Source: Acidimicrobiales bacterium
GTDB taxonomy: Bacteria; Actinomycetota; Acidimicrobiia; Acidimicrobiales; Aldehydirespiratoraceae
DNA length: 64,000 bases
Direction: 5' to 3'
NCBI GenBank assembly: GCA_029263215.1
Contig: JAJCXY010000056.1
Location: forward strand, 73,678 to 137,677
Part shown: piece by piece, positions 37,526 to 49,750 of the stretch
Layout of the letters: every line of letters starts with the position of its first letter
Position numbering within the stretch: position 1 is the first letter of the stretch
The notes under the pieces: generated by a model
What the model was told of the DNA's origin: nothing
The model's input: the letters and a program-made list of their open reading frames with translations, nothing else
Databases searched by the model: none
Program-made: the position numbers and the translations under genes

Positions 37526-38881
37526 TCAGATCCGCTCGAAGTATCGGCTCTTCTCCCAATCGGTCACCGCGGCCTCAGAGGCCGCCACCTCCGTCGAGAA
37601 GTGATGGGTGTAGTGATCGACCACCTCGTCGCCGAGCAGGCGGCGAGCATCGGCGCTCTCGCTGAAGCGCGCCGTGGCCTGATGGAGGGTGGACGGCACG
37701 GTGGCCGACGCGGTGGCGGAGTAGACATCACCTTCCAGCTCGTCGTCCGGTTCGATCCGGTTGCGAATACCGTCGAGCCCGCTCGCGATGGCTGCGGCGT
37801 AGGCCAGATGGGGGTTGACGTCGGCGCCGGGGATGCGGTTCTCGATCCGGAGACTCGAGCCCGCACCGACAATCCGGAACCCAGCCGTGCGGTTGTCGGT
37901 CGACCAGGCGATTCGAGTTGGGGCCCATGACTGGTTCTGGTAGCGCTTGTAGCTGTTGACCGTGGGCGCGTAGCAGACCATCAGATCGGCGGCATGGCGC
38001 ATCCAGCCACCGAGGAACCAGCGGAACTCGTCGCTGCGCTCACCCCCCGGCGCCGCGAAAACGTTGCTTGGTTCCTCTTCGTCGGTCCAGAGCGAGAGGT
38101 GGATGTGGCAGCTGTTGCCGGGCTGGGCGGCATCGGGCTTCGCCATGAAGGTGACACTCACGCCCTGGGAATCGGCCAATTCCTTCATCGCGTGCTTCAT
38201 CACCGAGTGCCGGTCGGCCATGGTGAGAGCGTCGGCGTAGCGCACATTGAGTTCGTGTTGACCGATAGCGGCCTCGCCCTTGGAGTTCTCGACCGGGATC
38301 CCGCTGGCGGCCAGGGCGCGGCGGGCAGCCCCGACATAGTCCTCCACCCGCGCTCCTTGCAGGAGGTGGTAGTCCTCCACGTACCACCCGGCAGACTCCA
38401 GGCCGGCGTATCCCTTCTGGTGAGCAGAGCGGTAGGACTCGCGGTAGAGGTAGAACTCGAGTTCGGAGGCGGCGGCGGCGCGATAGCCCTCAGTGGCCAG
38501 CGCGTCGACCTGTCGACGCAGCATCGAACGCGGCGCAATGTCGACGAGGCTGTGGCTCGAGTTGTCGACCACATCACAGAGCACAAGGGCCGTACGGCTG
38601 GTCCACGCCGCCAGGGTTAGGGTGTCTAGATCGGGAACGAGGTGGAAGTCGCCGTAACCCGACTGCCAGTTCGAGTAGGAGTAGCCCTCGACCGGGTCCA
38701 TCTCCATGTCGACGGTAAGCAGGTAGTCACACGCGTGGGTTCCTTCATCGAGCGCGTTCGAGACGAAGAACCCGGCGTCGAACCTCTTCCCCATGAGGCG
38801 CCCGTAGTGGTCGGTGAACCCCACTATCACCGTGTCGACCTCGCCGGAATCGGTCATTGTCTTCAACTCGCTGATCTGCAT
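37526..38881 (-). CDS. Glutamine-synthetase-family gamma-glutamyl-amine ligase (GlnA-like).
   Basis: GS catalytic domain motifs (KPDAAQPGNSCHIHLSLW, NRTAGFRI). GGAGG lies 4 nt upstream of the ATG, directly after the Fe-ADH stop. Confidence 0.9.
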   Translation of the reverse strand: MQISELKTMTDSGEVDTVIVGFTDHYGRLMGKRFDAGFFVSNALDEGTHACDYLLTVDMEMDPVEGYSYSNWQSGYGDFHLVPDLDTLTLAAWTSRTALVLCDVVDNSSHSLVDIAPRSMLRRQVDALATEGYRAAAASELEFYLYRESYRSAHQKGYAGLESAGWYVEDYHLLQGARVEDYVGAARRALAASGIPVENSKGEAAIGQHELNVRYADALTMADRHSVMKHAMKELADSQGVSVTFMAKPDAAQPGNSCHIHLSLWTDEEEPSNVFAAPGGERSDEFRWFLGGWMRHAADLMVCYAPTVNSYKRYQNQSWAPTRIAWSTDNRTAGFRIVGAGSSLRIENRIPGADVNPHLAYAAAIASGLDGIRNRIEPDDELEGDVYSATASATVPSTLHQATARFSESADARRLLGDEVVDHYTHHFSTEVAASEAAVTDWEKSRYFERI

Positions 38882-38890
38882 CAGGCCTCC

Positions 38891-40051
38891 TCAGGCATCG
38901 ATCCGACCGTGGCATGCAGCATCGAACACTGCCTCGGCATAGTCGCGGTCGACGCTCACAGGATTACCCGCCGCCGACGGGTCGACCACAGCAGCGGCGC
39001 ACACCTCGGAGATCGCGGCGGGATCGACACCCAACTCGATCAGAGTCTCAGGTACGTCGAGAGCCTCGCGGAGCTCGACAATATGGGCGAGAAAACCTTC
39101 GAACCCTCCGGATATACCCACATAGGCGGCGAGCTTCTCGATCGTGGGTTCTATGGCGCGACGATTAGCGGCCAGTACATACGGCATCACCACCGCGTTG
39201 GTCATTCCGTGGTGGGTGTTGAAGAGTGCTCCGATCGGATGGGCCAGCGCGTGCATGGCCCCGAGTCCCTTCTGAAACGCAACCGCTCCCATGGCGGCGG
39301 AGATCAGCATCTGACCCCGAGCCTCGAGGTTGTGGGGCTGGGCGGCAGCAACAGGGAGATTCTCCAGGACCAGCCGACATCCCTCGAGTCCGATGCCGTG
39401 AGACATCGGATGAAGAGTTGGTGCACACACCGCCTCCAGATTGTGCGAGAGCGCGTCGAGCCCGGTTCCAACCGTGAGCACCCGGGGCAGATCAAGGGTG
39501 AGGATCGGATCGGCGATCACTATCCGCGGCAACATCGCCGGGTGGTAGACGATGACCTTGCGATTGGCAGACTCATCGATCACCACTCCTGCTCTCCCGA
39601 CCTCACTGCCCGTACCTGCAGTAGTCGGTATCGCCACCACTGGCACGATCGGCTCGGTATGGGCCAGTGTCCAGTTGTCGTCGATGTCCTCGAAGTCGAA
39701 GATGGGTCGTGTCTGAGCCGCCATGAACGCGACCAGCTTGCCCACATCGAGCGGCGAGCCGCCGCCGATGGCCACCACTCCGTCGTGGTCCCCACTCCGA
39801 AATGCCTCGACGCCCGCCGATACGTCGGCACTCACGGGATTGGGCCGCAGACGGGTGAAGATCTCATGATCCACCTGTCCGTCCGACAGGGCCGACGTGA
39901 CTGCCTGCACGGGTTGAAGGGCGACCAGACCGGGATCGGTGATCACCAGCGGACGCTTGATTCCGACGCTGCGACAGGCTTCGGCAACCTCGCTGATGCG
40001 GCCCGGGCCGAACCGGACCTCGGTGGGATAAGACCATGTTGCGCTATTCAC
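38891..40051 (-). CDS. Iron-containing (group III) alcohol dehydrogenase.
   Basis: GGGSPLDVGK, and the His-rich metal site (HALAHPIGALFNTHHG). GTG 40051 gives a typical length of 386 aa. Confidence 0.9.
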   Translation of the reverse strand: MNSATWSYPTEVRFGPGRISEVAEACRSVGIKRPLVITDPGLVALQPVQAVTSALSDGQVDHEIFTRLRPNPVSADVSAGVEAFRSGDHDGVVAIGGGSPLDVGKLVAFMAAQTRPIFDFEDIDDNWTLAHTEPIVPVVAIPTTAGTGSEVGRAGVVIDESANRKVIVYHPAMLPRIVIADPILTLDLPRVLTVGTGLDALSHNLEAVCAPTLHPMSHGIGLEGCRLVLENLPVAAAQPHNLEARGQMLISAAMGAVAFQKGLGAMHALAHPIGALFNTHHGMTNAVVMPYVLAANRRAIEPTIEKLAAYVGISGGFEGFLAHIVELREALDVPETLIELGVDPAAISEVCAAAVVDPSAAGNPVSVDRDYAEAVFDAACHGRIDA

Positions 40052-40149
40052 CGGCCGGACCTTAGCCGCGGCGCAGGGGCGGCCGACTGCCCCCGCGTCA
40101 CGCCGGCTTCCTATCATGAGCGCCTCGGAGAGTTGGGAGGACGCCGTTC

Positions 40150-41163
40150 ATGAGAGCTATGGAGATCGCGGGTGGCTGGGGCCTCAAAAACATCTCGGCG
40201 GTGATTCGTCCGGACCCCGTCGCCGGTCCTGGTGAGATTGTCATCGCCATGAAGGCCCTGTCGGTCAACCCACGCGACAGTGTCATTGCGACGGGTGGTT
40301 ACGGGCGCTTGGCCTCTCTGCCTCTGGTCCCACTGTGCGACGGTGCCGGAGTGATAGTCGACGTCGGATCCGATGTAACCGGGTTCGCCATGGGGGATCT
40401 CGTCTGCCCGGCTTACAGCCGTACCTGGCTCCATGGCACGATCTCGCGCGAGTCCTACCCTGGTGCACTCGGAATGGCCGTCGACGGCACCGCCCAGGAG
40501 TTGTTCCTGACGCCCGCCGAAGGTGTCGTCCATGCGCCCGGTCATCTCGATGCCCGGGAGGCAGCCACCCTGGCGTGCGCCGCGGTCACGGCTTGGAACG
40601 CTGTGGTCGAACAAGGCAACGTGCGAGCCAACCATCGAGTGCTGATCCAGGGCACAGGCGGTGTTGCTCTCTTCGGGCTCCAGTTCGCGAAGATGCACGG
40701 TGCCGAGACAATCGTGATCTCCTCGAGCGACGAGAAGCTCGAACGGGTGATCGCGATGGGTGCCGACCACACCATCAACTACCGGTCCACGCCTGGCTGG
40801 GAGAAGTCCGTCCGTGAACTGACCGACGGCGCGGGAGTCGACAACATCGTGGAGGTCGGAGGCACCGGCACGCTTGCCAAGTCGCTTTCGTGTGTGGCCC
40901 CGAGTGGCTCGATCAGTGTCATCGGGATCCTCGATGGGATCGCGGGAGAGATCAACCTCGGTCAGATGGTGACGAGAAACATTCGCCTACAGGGGATCAC
41001 CGTGGGCAGCCGCGACATGTTTCAGAAGATGAACCGGGCGATGGAGATCCACAGGACAAGACCCACCGTCGACGCCGCCGTCTTCGGGTTCGAAGAGGTG
41101 GGCGAGGCGCTGGCCGCCCTGCCGGCTGGTCGTCACTTCGGGAAGCTGGTCTGCGACGTGTAG
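40150..41163 (+). CDS. Medium-chain (zinc-type/quinone) NAD(P)H oxidoreductase.
   Basis: MDR fold with the nucleotide motif VLIQGTGGVALFGLQFAK. Confidence 0.9.
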   Translation: MRAMEIAGGWGLKNISAVIRPDPVAGPGEIVIAMKALSVNPRDSVIATGGYGRLASLPLVPLCDGAGVIVDVGSDVTGFAMGDLVCPAYSRTWLHGTISRESYPGALGMAVDGTAQELFLTPAEGVVHAPGHLDAREAATLACAAVTAWNAVVEQGNVRANHRVLIQGTGGVALFGLQFAKMHGAETIVISSSDEKLERVIAMGADHTINYRSTPGWEKSVRELTDGAGVDNIVEVGGTGTLAKSLSCVAPSGSISVIGILDGIAGEINLGQMVTRNIRLQGITVGSRDMFQKMNRAMEIHRTRPTVDAAVFGFEEVGEALAALPAGRHFGKLVCDV

Positions 41164-41213
41164 CCGAGGGAGAGTCCCCGACGCGTGCGGCCTCGGGTGC
41201 GAGACTGACCTCC

Positions 41214-41750
41214 TTGAGCGACATCACCGAGACCGACAATCGTTGGCTGAGCGACGAAGACCTCGAGACGGTTCGCGGCCGCGTGCCGATGGTGTACGTC
41301 GACGCCGTCCCGGTGAGGGTCGACACGGTGGGCGAAGTCACCCATGTGGGTCTTCTTCTCAGAGCAATGCCCGACGGCACCGTCAGCCGTGCCCTGGTCA
41401 CCGGCCGGGTGCTGTTCGGCGAACGGATCCGTCATGCCTTGCTGCGTCACTTGGAAAAGGATCTCGGCCCCTTCGCCCTGCCCCGCCTGCCCACCAACCC
41501 CGCTCCGTTCACGGTGGCCGAGTACTTCCCCGATCCGGCCGTCTCGGGTTTCCACGATCCTCGCCAGCACGCGGTGAGCCTGGCCTACGTCGTACCCATC
41601 GACGGTGAGCCCGAACCCGCCCATGATGCCCTCGATCTCGCCTGGCTGACACCCGAAGAGGCAGCCAGTATCGATGTGCGGGCCGAGATGACGGGCGGCC
41701 ACGACCGCCTGCTGCGCCTGGCTCTGGCCCACGGAGGCCGCCTGCCCTGA
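41214..41750 (+). CDS. Nudix-like protein with a degenerate Nudix box (DUF4916-like).
   Basis: GRVLFGERIRHALLRHLEKDLG fits G-x5-E-x7-R, but REUxEE is replaced by RHLEKD. The start is uncertain (CTG 41205 or TTG 41214), and the long track ORF upstream is out-of-frame overlap with the MDR gene. Confidence 0.6.
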   Translation: MSDITETDNRWLSDEDLETVRGRVPMVYVDAVPVRVDTVGEVTHVGLLLRAMPDGTVSRALVTGRVLFGERIRHALLRHLEKDLGPFALPRLPTNPAPFTVAEYFPDPAVSGFHDPRQHAVSLAYVVPIDGEPEPAHDALDLAWLTPEEAASIDVRAEMTGGHDRLLRLALAHGGRLP

Positions 41751-41781
41751 ATCAGGGCGCTCCTGTTGAGGCGAACGCCGC

Positions 41782-43020
41782 GTGATCGGGCAGGCTTGCA
41801 GGGTGGAAAAGCGTGACATCGTCGTGATCGGGGCCGGCCCCGCCGGAGCAGCCACGGCCATACGCGCTGCGAGAGCAGGCGCGTCGGTTCGCGTCTTCGA
41901 GAAGGCCGCTCGCGGTCGCGACAAGGTGTGCGGCGATGGCCTCACCCCACGCGCGGTCACTGCACTCCACCAACTCGACATCGACATGAGTGGGGCCCAC
42001 CGGATCGACGGCCTTCGCATGATCGCGGGCAAGACCCGTCGAGAGCTCCCCTGGCCTCAGACCGGCCGCTTCGCGCCCAATGGCGCGGTGTGGCCTCGAC
42101 GCCACCTTGATGCCCATCTGATGGACGCAGCGGAGGCGGCGGGAGCGGAGGTCGAGTGGGAATCGGAGGCCCTTCCGATCATGGATGGAGGCAGGGTCGT
42201 GGGAGTGGAGGCCTCCGGCCGCAAATGGGCCGCCGATCTGACCGTTGTGGCCTCTGGAGCGCCGGGAGCCGTGGCGCGGATGGTCGGGGCCAATCGAGTC
42301 GAGAATGAGACATTCGGTTTGGCAATCCGGACCTATGCCGAGTCGCCTCGTCACGCCGACCGTCATCTCGAGGCGTGTCTCACGCTCACCGACGAGCGCG
42401 GCACTTCGGTTCCCGGATACGGCTGGATGTTTCCCGCGGGCGATGGCACCGTGAATATCGGCGTCGGCGCCCTTTCCACGATGAAGGAGTTCAAGAAGCT
42501 CAACCTCAACACGCTTCAGGAGTCGTACCGCTCGTTGGTGCAGCACGAGTGGGAGCTCGGCCCCGACCTGGAGAAGCCCCGGGCGTGGCGTCTCCCGATG
42601 AGCGTGCAGAAGCGTCACGGGCCCGGTTGGGTCGCAATCGGCGACGCGGCCGGATTGATCAACCCGATGAACGGCGAGGGGATCGACTACGGCCTCGAGT
42701 CGGGGATGTTGGCCGCCGATCTGTTCGTCGCCGATCCCGGCAGCGCGGCCGACGAGTACGACCGCCAGCTGGGCGACCGCTTCGATTCGTTTCTCCGCAC
42801 CGGTCGGAGGTTCAGCCTCCTGATCGGACACCCTCGCATCCTGCGTAGCGGGCTTCGCTTGGCGGTGGGTACCCAGGCCATCGCCGACATCACCCTCCAG
42901 GTGATGGGGAACCTGGTCGATGCCGATGCCCCAGGTGCGGCAGGTCGGGTACTACGGATAGCCGACCGCACTCTGGCGATCGCCGACCCGATCCTGCGAC
43001 GCACTCGTGCCGCGGCCTGA
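41782..43020 (+). CDS. Geranylgeranyl-reductase-family flavoprotein (MenJ-like candidate menaquinone side-chain reductase).
   Basis: VVIGAGPAGAATAIRAARAG...DKVCGDGLTPRAV...GDAAGLINPMNGEGI. Confidence 0.88.
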   Translation: MIGQACRVEKRDIVVIGAGPAGAATAIRAARAGASVRVFEKAARGRDKVCGDGLTPRAVTALHQLDIDMSGAHRIDGLRMIAGKTRRELPWPQTGRFAPNGAVWPRRHLDAHLMDAAEAAGAEVEWESEALPIMDGGRVVGVEASGRKWAADLTVVASGAPGAVARMVGANRVENETFGLAIRTYAESPRHADRHLEACLTLTDERGTSVPGYGWMFPAGDGTVNIGVGALSTMKEFKKLNLNTLQESYRSLVQHEWELGPDLEKPRAWRLPMSVQKRHGPGWVAIGDAAGLINPMNGEGIDYGLESGMLAADLFVADPGSAADEYDRQLGDRFDSFLRTGRRFSLLIGHPRILRSGLRLAVGTQAIADITLQVMGNLVDADAPGAAGRVLRIADRTLAIADPILRRTRAAA

Positions 43021-43035
43021 GTCCTGTGAGGGTCG

Positions 43036-44163
43036 TCAGCCGTAGACCTTCTCCAAGGCGGCGGTGGGTTCCACGTATGGAAGGCCTTGGGCCTCAGCGA
43101 CGTGCTGTTCGGTAACCATCGCTCCACAGACGTTGAGCCCTCCGAGGAGGTGGCGATCGCCCAAGAGCGCGTCTCGCGGCCCCCTGTCGGCCAGAGCAAG
43201 GGTGAACGGCAGGGTGGCGTTGTTGAGCGCATAGGTGGACGTGCGCGGTACCGCCCCGGGCATGTTGGCCACGCAGTAATGCACGACGTCGTCGACCACA
43301 TAGGTGGGCTCCGCGTGGGTGGTGGCATGCGAGGTCTCGAAGCATCCCCCTTGATCGATGGCGACATCGACCAACACCGAGCCGGGCTTCATCTGCCTCA
43401 CCATCTCCGCGGTTACCAGCTTGGGCGCCGTGGCACCCTTCACGAGTACGGCTCCCACGACCAGGTCGGCGGCGAGGACATGCTCCTCGAGCGCAGCAGT
43501 GGTGGAGTAGACGGTTTCCAGTTCGGCGCCGAAGCGACGAGCTAGGCGGTCGAGGACCTCGAGATTACGATCGAGCACGGTGACCTGGGAACCGAGGCCG
43601 ATGGCCATCTCGATGGCGTTCTCCCCCACGACGCCACCGCCGATCACCACGGTTCGAGCCGAGGGCACCCCGGGGACACCACCGAGGAGCAACCCAGCGC
43701 CACCGATCGGAGCTTCGAGGCAGTGAGCTCCGGCCTGGATCGACATGCGGCCGGCTACCTGCGACATGGGAGCAAGGAGGGGCAGCCCGCCGTGGGCATC
43801 GGTGACGGTCTCGTAGGCGATGCAGGTGGCACCGCTGGCGATCAGATCCTTGGTCTGGGGGACATCAGGAGCGAGATGGAGGTAGGTGAAAAGAACCTGC
43901 TGCTCACCGAGCAGGGCGCGCTCCGCTGCTTGGGGCTCCTTTACCTTCACGATCAGCTCGGCGCGGTCCCAGACATCCTCGGCGGTGGCCGCGATTTCGG
44001 CACCGACAGCCTCGTAGGCGGAGTCTGGAGCACCGATCCCCTGTCCTGCCGCGGTCTCAACGAGCACGGCGTGACCGTGAGCGACAAGCTCGCGAGCACC
44101 GCTTGGTGTCAACCCGATCCGTCGCTCGGCGACCTTCACTTCCTTCGGTACACCGACCAGCAT
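43036..44163 (-). CDS. ald: L-alanine dehydrogenase.
   Basis: N-terminus [20 protein letters not shown], and the Rossmann motif [12 protein letters not shown]. Confidence 0.95.
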   Translation of the reverse strand: MLVGVPKEVKVAERRIGLTPSGARELVAHGHAVLVETAAGQGIGAPDSAYEAVGAEIAATAEDVWDRAELIVKVKEPQAAERALLGEQQVLFTYLHLAPDVPQTKDLIASGATCIAYETVTDAHGGLPLLAPMSQVAGRMSIQAGAHCLEAPIGGAGLLLGGVPGVPSARTVVIGGGVVGENAIEMAIGLGSQVTVLDRNLEVLDRLARRFGAELETVYSTTAALEEHVLAADLVVGAVLVKGATAPKLVTAEMVRQMKPGSVLVDVAIDQGGCFETSHATTHAEPTYVVDDVVHYCVANMPGAVPRTSTYALNNATLPFTLALADRGPRDALLGDRHLLGGLNVCGAMVTEQHVAEAQGLPYVEPTAALEKVYG

Positions 44164-44259
44164 GACCTCTCCTCCGAGCGCGTTTCGACCTGTGAGCGAA
44201 AGCTACTCCCCCCGCGACGGCAGGTGGGTGCGTTTCCTGTGGACTAGAGTCATCCCGGC

Positions 44260-44274
44260 GCACGATTATTGTGC
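44260..44274. promoter_or_regulatory. AT-rich imperfect palindrome in the ald / Lrp-regulator divergent region.
   Basis: GCACGATTATTGTGC (GCAC-N7-GTGC) is the most AT-rich element of the 138-nt intergenic region. Confidence 0.2.
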
Positions 44275-44301
44275 CATTCCCTCTACATACGGGCGAAACC
44301 T

Positions 44302-44766
44302 GTGCCAAAGATTACCGACGCAACCGATCGCACCCTACTGGCCGCTCTTCAGCGAGACGGCCGCATCACCAACTCCGCGCTCGCCGAGGCTGTTCACCTC
44401 TCTGCATCGGCCTGCCTGCGCAGGGTCAAGCGACTCGAGGAAGAGGGCGTCATCGCCGGATACGTCGCCCTCCTCGAACGCGACGCGGTGGGCTTCGGCA
44501 CCACGGTCTTCGTCGAGATCTCACTTACCGGCCAACAAGAAGAGCTTCTCGACGCCTTCGAGGCCGCGGTGGCCGCGGTACCTGAAGTGGTGAGTTGCCA
44601 TCTCATGGCAGGCAACGCCGACTATCTGCTCAAGGTGGTGGTGGCGGATGTGGCCGACTACGAGAGAATCCACCGCAACTATGTGGCGCGTCTTCCCGGC
44701 GTGGCCCAGGTGCGCTCCAGCTTCGCCCTCCGAGCCGTGAAGGAGACCACGGCCATCGAGCTCTAG
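44302..44766 (+). CDS. Lrp/AsnC-family transcriptional regulator (AldR-like by position).
   Basis: HTH region TDRTLLAALQRDGRITNSALAEAVHLSASACLRRVKRLEEEG followed by a RAM domain. Divergent from ald. GTG 44302 preferred. Confidence 0.9.
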   Translation: MPKITDATDRTLLAALQRDGRITNSALAEAVHLSASACLRRVKRLEEEGVIAGYVALLERDAVGFGTTVFVEISLTGQQEELLDAFEAAVAAVPEVVSCHLMAGNADYLLKVVVADVADYERIHRNYVARLPGVAQVRSSFALRAVKETTAIEL

Positions 44767-45254
44767 GAATCCAGCGCCGGTGGCCGGGCGAGTTGGTCCA
44801 CCACCTCTGCTGTGGGGAGCGACGCGAGAGTGGACGGTGGGCAGAGGATCTTGCGATCCCGTCCCCCTCCGCCGACGATCACCCGCTCACACGACATCAC
44901 CGCGGCGTCGATCCATACCGGCACATCATCGGGCAGGCCGAACGGAGTGACTCCGCCGATCTGCATCCCCCCGGACCGCTCGACGGTTTCCTCCGCACCA
45001 GCGAAGGAGGCCTTACGGGTACCGAGGCGGCGGCGCACCGTGCCGTTGACGTCGAGCCTCGTCGATGCGAGCACCAGGCAGCAGGCAACGGGTCTCTCGG
45101 CCGACTTCCCCACCACGAGGATGGCATTTGCGCTCTCGTCCGGAGAGTAACCGTAGGCCTCACAGAACTTTGCCGTATCGGCAAGATCAGGATCGCAGGC
45201 GACGATCTCGTACTCCGAGCCGAGAAGCTCGAGAGATTCGATGACGGGGTCCAA
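44763..45254 (-). CDS. YbaK/ProX/EbsC-type aminoacyl-tRNA trans-editing (deacylase) domain protein.
   Basis: Only the C-terminal 163 aa of the 370-aa track ORF look protein-like (LVVGK...RLDVN...GGVTPFG). TTG 45254 has AGGAGG 6 nt upstream and lies 20 nt after the molybdoenzyme stop. Confidence 0.75.
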   Translation of the reverse strand: MDPVIESLELLGSEYEIVACDPDLADTAKFCEAYGYSPDESANAILVVGKSAERPVACCLVLASTRLDVNGTVRRRLGTRKASFAGAEETVERSGGMQIGGVTPFGLPDDVPVWIDAAVMSCERVIVGGGGRDRKILCPPSTLASLPTAEVVDQLARPPALDS

Positions 45255-45274
45255 CGTGGGCCTCCTGGGATTGC

Positions 45275-48118
<2,844 letters not shown>

Positions 48119-48127
48119 CGAAATCTC

Positions 48128-49666
48128 CTAGGAAAGCGGCACGGACTGACCGGCACGAACGAATGAATCCTCGTAGAACCACATACCCACGAGCGCCGCC
48201 AGGCCCGCGATGGCAGGCAGGGCCGGGCCGGCGTCGGCCGACAAGGCAATGATCACCAGGGCCGCCGGAATCAAAAGACCCAGCACCACCCCTATCAGGA
48301 ACTTGACCTGATACTTGCCTTCTGTCATCTCGCGGATGGCGGCTTCGACGTGGGGCGTGCCCTTCGACGTGACCTCGATCGCGATGAGCGCAGCGGTGGA
48401 CAGGGCTCCTCCAAGGAGCACCCACCGGATCGCGTCGGGCTCGGGAACGTCCATGAGCACATCGAGGATCGCGTAGACCGCGCCACCGGCCGTCACCGCC
48501 TGGGCCAACAGGGTGGGCAACAGCAGCGGCGTCTGCCACAGATCGCGACCTTCGCACTGACCGAACAGGTAGGCGGTGTAACCGGCCGTGCCGGCCGCGA
48601 ACAGGCCGGTGGGGATCACCATCACATCGATCAACCCACTCGATTCGGTGAGCCCGCCGATCCACCACAATGCCAGACACACCGCGAAGCCCATCAGTAT
48701 GTAGGCCCCTTTCACCAGCCATGAATCCCAGCTGCCCCGGGTGATCAGATAGTGGAACCTCTTCGGCTGTTTCAGGTCGGTCACCAACAACACCCCGGTG
48801 AGGCCGAGGAAAGCGCCAGCGATCATCGGCGGCACCACACCCACCGCGGCCTGCACATCGCTGTGACCCAGCAAGGCCAACAACCCCGCCACCAACATCA
48901 CCCCGGCCCCGACGGCCTTGGTAACCAGATAGCCCGACACCTTCTCCTTCCATGTCATCTGATGAGAGGTGGTGTAAGCGGTGCGAGCCACCACACCGTC
49001 GGCATCAACAGGCACAGTCGGATGGTTGACCGTGGTGTCGGCCCAGATCATCCCGTCGGACGCGATCGCGGTGCGCAACGGATTCAACGACGCCTGATCC
49101 GCTCCGCGGTAGAACACCTTCGGATTCGTGCCCTGCTCCGGTGCCCTCACCGCTACATCATCACGAGCGATGATCTTCGTGGCCTGGTTGAGCGGATCGT
49201 CGAAATCGGCCACCTTGATCGCGTGAGTGGGACACACGATCACACAGGCCGGCTCCAAACCCACCTCCACCCGGTGGTTGCAGAAATTGCACTTGTTAGC
49301 GGTGTTGGTGGCCGGGTTGATATAGATCGCGTCGTAAGGACACGCGTTCATGCACCCCTTACAGCCAATGCAGTTCGAGTCGTTGAAATCCACCACCCCA
49401 TTAGCGGCCCTAAACAGCGCGTTGGTGGGACAGATCGCCATACACGGCGCGTCCTCACACTGATTGCATCGCATCACCGAGAAATGGCGAGCCACATTCG
49501 GAAACACACCCGACTCGATGTACTTCACCCAAGTGCGATTCACCCCGAGAGGCACATCATGCTCAGACTTGCACGCCACCGTGCACGCATGACACCCGAT
49601 ACACGAATCACTATCAAGCAGAAAGCCAAGCCTCGTCACACGCTCCCCGATCCCGGTTGATCCCAC
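48128..49666 (-). CDS. Fusion of a four-cluster [4Fe-4S] ferredoxin subunit and an NrfD/PsrC-type membrane quinol-interacting subunit.
   Basis: Four Cys groups: CIGCHACTVAC, CNQCEDAPCMAICP, CIGCKGCMNACP and CNFCNHRV...CVIVCP. About 8 TM helices follow. The exact start is uncertain, GTG 49666 or GTG 49639. Confidence 0.88.
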   Translation of the reverse strand: MGSTGIGERVTRLGFLLDSDSCIGCHACTVACKSEHDVPLGVNRTWVKYIESGVFPNVARHFSVMRCNQCEDAPCMAICPTNALFRAANGVVDFNDSNCIGCKGCMNACPYDAIYINPATNTANKCNFCNHRVEVGLEPACVIVCPTHAIKVADFDDPLNQATKIIARDDVAVRAPEQGTNPKVFYRGADQASLNPLRTAIASDGMIWADTTVNHPTVPVDADGVVARTAYTTSHQMTWKEKVSGYLVTKAVGAGVMLVAGLLALLGHSDVQAAVGVVPPMIAGAFLGLTGVLLVTDLKQPKRFHYLITRGSWDSWLVKGAYILMGFAVCLALWWIGGLTESSGLIDVMVIPTGLFAAGTAGYTAYLFGQCEGRDLWQTPLLLPTLLAQAVTAGGAVYAILDVLMDVPEPDAIRWVLLGGALSTAALIAIEVTSKGTPHVEAAIREMTEGKYQVKFLIGVVLGLLIPAALVIIALSADAGPALPAIAGLAALVGMWFYEDSFVRAGQSVPLS

Positions 49667-49750
49667 GCGGGTGTGGAATGTACGGACATATTGTGGAGCC
49701 TGGAGCCGTCCAACGCAAGTACCTCCCGGGTCCGAGCCACCACCGCTCCC

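Noticed and set aside
49677-49692. AT-richer element AATGTACGGACATATT upstream of the FeS-NrfD gene, as an FNR/CRP-type site or a -10 box for a leaderless transcript.
   Set aside because: Only 4-bp arms are symmetric (ATGT/ACAT). There is no match to TTGAT-N4-ATCAA or TGTGA-N6-TCACA. The spacing to the GTG is too long for a typical leaderless promoter.
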